NCBI RefSeq assembly: GCF_009914755.1
Contig: NC_060926.1
Direction: 5' to 3' (one strand)
Length of the DNA: 64,000 nucleotides
Origin: the human T2T-CHM13v2.0 reference genome, Homo sapiens
Shown here piece after piece: positions 58,061-64,000 of the stretch. The stretch's first letter is position 1; each line of letters opens with the position of its first letter. Made by a program: the position numbers and the translations under genes. The notes beneath the pieces are model-generated. The model worked only from the letters and a program-made list of their open reading frames with translations. It was not told the origin of the DNA and made no database searches.

Positions 58061-58244
58061 TAAAAATGACAAACTACAGAAAGGCCATGAGGCAAGAGTA
58101 AAAAATAGCCCCAAATCCTGCCACTTTGAATTAACTTGTTAACAATTTGACACATTTCCTCCAAGATTTTTTTTCTTAAAAATTTTAGTTATAAAATTTA
58201 ACATACAAGGAAAGTGCAGAAGATATAAATATATGATTTAATAC

Positions 58245-58460
58245 AGTAGTTCTCAACTGGGGGCAGTTTTTTCCTCAGATGACATTTGCCAATGTCTGGA
58301 GACATTTTGGGTTGTTGCCACAGGGGTTGGGGGCACAGGGTGTTTATCTACAGGGTAGAGGCTGAGGATGCTGCTAGACATTCCACAGTGCAAGGGGAGG
58401 TCCCCCACACCAACCACAGAGTGATTCAGCCCACATAGTAATCATGCCACGGTTGAGAAT
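58245..58460. mobile_element. MER20 (hAT-Charlie)
   Basis: cagtagttctcaactgggggcagtttt...caatgtctggagacattttg...ggttgagaa. Confidence 0.8.
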
Positions 58461-58615
58461 AAATATGTGTGTGAAGAGAATAACTATGTAATATCACCCA
58501 GGTCAAACAGGTCAAGAAATAGCACCTGGCCAGCCCCATTTCTCCACCAGAAGTAATCCCATCATAGATTTTTTTTTTCCCAAATGTTTGCACATTTGCT
58601 GAAAAATAAACCAGG

Positions 58616-58924
<309 letters not shown>

Positions 58925-59302
58925 TCCAGGGTCATTTTTTATGTCAGTAAGTATTCTTCTATAACACCTTTATAAATATCTGTGTAATATTTTCTTATAT
59001 GGATGCACCATCATTAATTTACTCAACCCCCTACTGATGAATATTTAGGTTGTATAAGTGTTTATATTTATATCCAGTGCTTAAATTATACAGTCACTGT
59101 GAGGCATATTCTGGTGACTACATCTTTGGCCACATATTTAATTATTTCCTTTGGGTAAATACCAGAAGATGAATTGCTATGTCAGAGGTTATAGACAGAT
59201 TTAATGCGTTGCTGCATTTCCCAAATTGTTCTTGAAGTCTGTATCAACTTTATCCTCCTGTCAGCCAAGTATGAGGGCTTATTTTTCTAATAATCCTGCT
59301 AA

Positions 59303-59634
<332 letters not shown>

Positions 59635-60847
59635 AACACTTTCTTAAGGTTCAAATAGTATTTGTGATACTTCATTGTTATCACCTATTCGTATTTATTC
59701 TTACTGAATTACTTTTTCATTTGCCCATGGTGGAGCATGTTTGTCTTTTTCTTCATTAGTTGCAAGTGCTCTTTATGTATTGAGAATGTTACCGTTTTTG
59801 TCATAGATGTTTCTAGTATCTTCTCCAGTTCTGTTTGTTTTTCTTTAATTGGCAAGTAAAAATTATATGTAAATATCTTCCCCAGTTCTAATGTAAATAT
59901 CTTCCCCAGGCCTTCTGAGTTTAAAGACTACTCTTCTTGAAGTGCATTTCACCCTGGCTCCCTCCCTTTTTGGCCACTTCTGTGGTTCCAGCTAGGATTT
60001 AGGAAGGTGGGGTGGAGGGTGGTTGACGGGGAGAGGAGCAGTGCTCTGCTGATGATAGGGGAGACAGCTGCCCAGTTCTTGGGGTGTCCAGGCCTGAGAA
60101 CACCATGGCAGGGCAGGTGTCAGAATGACCATCTACCTCTGCTTTTTGTTTGGGGGTGTCTGTACCAAGAGGTAATACAGGCCTTCCTTCAGCCCACGCT
60201 AGGACCATCTTTTCTCCTTTCACTTGCTGCTGCCTTTGGGTTTTCTGCTGATTCTTTGAATTTCTGTCACTTTCTTGGTCTTATGTGTATTCTAATGGGG
60301 CCGTCAAGAAACGCCCTGCACAAAGTAAGCCCTCAATAAATATCTGGGGGATAAGCAAGAGTCTGCATCTAGGCTGCTGCAGGATCCAAAGCCCCCTGCA
60401 GCTTCTGAGAGTAACTCCTGTTGCCTGACTCATGGGCAGATGCAGCTGTCTCTCTGTCTCTCTCACTGGGAGTCTGAGACACCGCAACTCCTCTCCTTCT
60501 CTCTGTCCCCTCTCTAGGAGGGACATCCGAGACTGGGAGACGTCTTCTGCTCCTCCTGCTTCCCATTCGCCAAGCCGATACTGGCCGGTAGACCTCAGGC
60601 CCACCACCTGTGTCCATTCCATTTCCCACCTGGACTTAAAAAAAATTGTGGTAAAATGCACATAACATGAAATGTACCATCTTAGCCATTTTTAAGTATA
60701 CAGTTCTGTGGCATTAATCATTGTGCAGTTATCACCATCTCCAGAACTTGTCATCCTCCCCAGCTGAAACTCTATACCCATTGAACACTAACTCCCTATT
60801 CCCCTCCCTCACCGCCCCTGGTAATTGCAGTTCTACTTTCTGTATGA

Positions 60848-61153
<306 letters not shown>

Positions 61154-62642
61154 GATTTTGACTACCCTAGGTACCTCATATAAATGGAATCACACACTAT
61201 TTGTCTTTTTGTAACTGGCTGAGTCACTCAGTCTAGAGGAACCCTCAGGGTTTCATCATGAATCTTACACCTGTTGCTGGTCCCCAGTTCCTCAGAGCAG
61301 TTTGGGAAGAGGGCATGGCCCCCTTTCCTCACCCAGCATAAGCTGTGAGCTCTCCTGTATCTTCAACTTCTGTTAAATTACATGCATAAAGCCACATCTC
61401 TCAAGGCCTAAATTAATAATCAGGAACAGGGCAGGCCAAAATCCATGATGAGGAACTATTTTCTTAACAGTTTCCTAATTATCAATGTGCCTTCCCTTTT
61501 CTTGGTGCCTGTAAATCACGTGATTGTGCTTAGTGAATGTTTCGTTTCTTTCTTTCTCCTCTTTGGGGCTGCAGCACCCATGAGTGACCCCTTCCTTCAT
61601 GTTACCCAGAGGGTCCCAGAGTTGGCCCTTCTAACCAGGACTTATTGAAATCTCATTGAGAGCTTTTATTCTCCTCATCTACAGGGAAGGTAGGAAGTGG
61701 AAAATGATTAAAAGATATTTAGCACAGGGCTTGGCACACAGATATCGCTCAGTTAAGGAAGCCTGGAGCACCAGGAAATGAGTTTCCAAGTGTGCAACTC
61801 ATGAGAGGCTGCAGATGGAATTTTCCATGTTACTCCTGTAGGTCACAGGAAGCTGATCTGTGATAGGGGAGGGGAAGTGGACACGTAGCTTGCATCTCAG
61901 GCCCCCTCAGAACCCTGTGCAGCAGACACTTTTATTATGATCCACTGATTGCTGAGGAGCAAGGCCTAGAGGTTATGAGTCCTCCCTAAGGTCACATAGT
62001 AGTGGCTGTTAGTTGAGTGACTCCAAAGCGGTGTGTCTGACTCCTGCTGGAGCCACACCAATATGGGCCACACAGAATTCAAAGTGGTTCAGCCAGGACC
62101 CTTCCCCCACATGGCGCCTCCTTTCTTCCTCCCTCCGCTGACAAACAGCCACACCATGAATGAAGTCTTGGGGCGTTCCCTGGAAACAGCGCTTCTATCC
62201 TCTTGTGAGGAAGTCAACTTGCAGTCAACGTGGAAAGAAAAGGACCCATTCATTCAGCACCCGATTACTGGCCACCTCGCTATAGACTAGGGTTACAGTT
62301 AGTAATGTGAGTAAGGCATGGTGTTTGCCGCCAGAAACTCCCAGCCCAGTTGGGGGTTCAGAGCTAGAAGCACACTGCTGCACGGCTGTCCTGCACATGT
62401 GGTCACAGCATGGTTAGGGAGCACCAAAGAGAGATCAGCTACCTCTTTTGGGAGAGTCAGGGGAGTCTTACCAGAGGAGAGACAACCGTGCTGGGTATTG
62501 AAGAGTCAGTAGGAGTTCACTAGATCCATCAGAGTGGGCACAGAGGGGAGGGCAGGGGAAGGAAACTCACATGTAATCAGCATACTATGTGCCAGGCACC
62601 TCAACGTTCTATCTCGGTAATTTTCACAGCAACCCCTTGTAA

Positions 62643-62997
<355 letters not shown>

Positions 62998-63004
62998 CCT
63001 AAGA

Positions 63005-64000
<996 letters not shown>

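Overview
Human (primate) genomic DNA, recognised from translated sequence as the ZNF638/DYSF junction (chr2p13). It is not prokaryotic. Bases 1-4440 are the 5' 4.4 kb of a young L1HS-type LINE-1, lying antisense in a ZNF638 intron. Its ORF1 and ORF0 are open, and ORF2 is broken by two small deletions. The last eight coding exons of ZNF638 (NP220) follow at 5541-21741 (+); all are GT-AG and in phase, ending in a matrin-type zinc finger, a stop and an AATAAA. The ~18 kb intergenic stretch is mostly nested repeats: old L1, AluYb8, an ERVL integrase relic interrupted by a MER11 solo LTR, CR1/L3 and MLT elements. Two alternative CpG-island first exons of dysferlin follow: DYSF exon 1 (ATG 40925) and DYSF_v1 exon 1 (ATG 53769). 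Most interesting observations: (i) the L1 antisense promoter and ORF0 point in the ZNF638 sense direction, and ORF0 donor 2 is in frame with the 9748 exon, predicting an ORF0-NP220 C-terminal fusion in a gene linked to HUSH retroelement silencing; (ii) a duplicated cassette with two perfect DR3 elements and two ERR/SF-1 sites ~2.2 kb upstream of the DYSF_v1 ATG; (iii) a MEF2 plus paired E-box module just after DYSF exon 1; (iv) a 58-bp non-tandem copy 2.6 kb from its source. Repeat subfamily names and boundaries come from recalled consensus sequences and are approximate.
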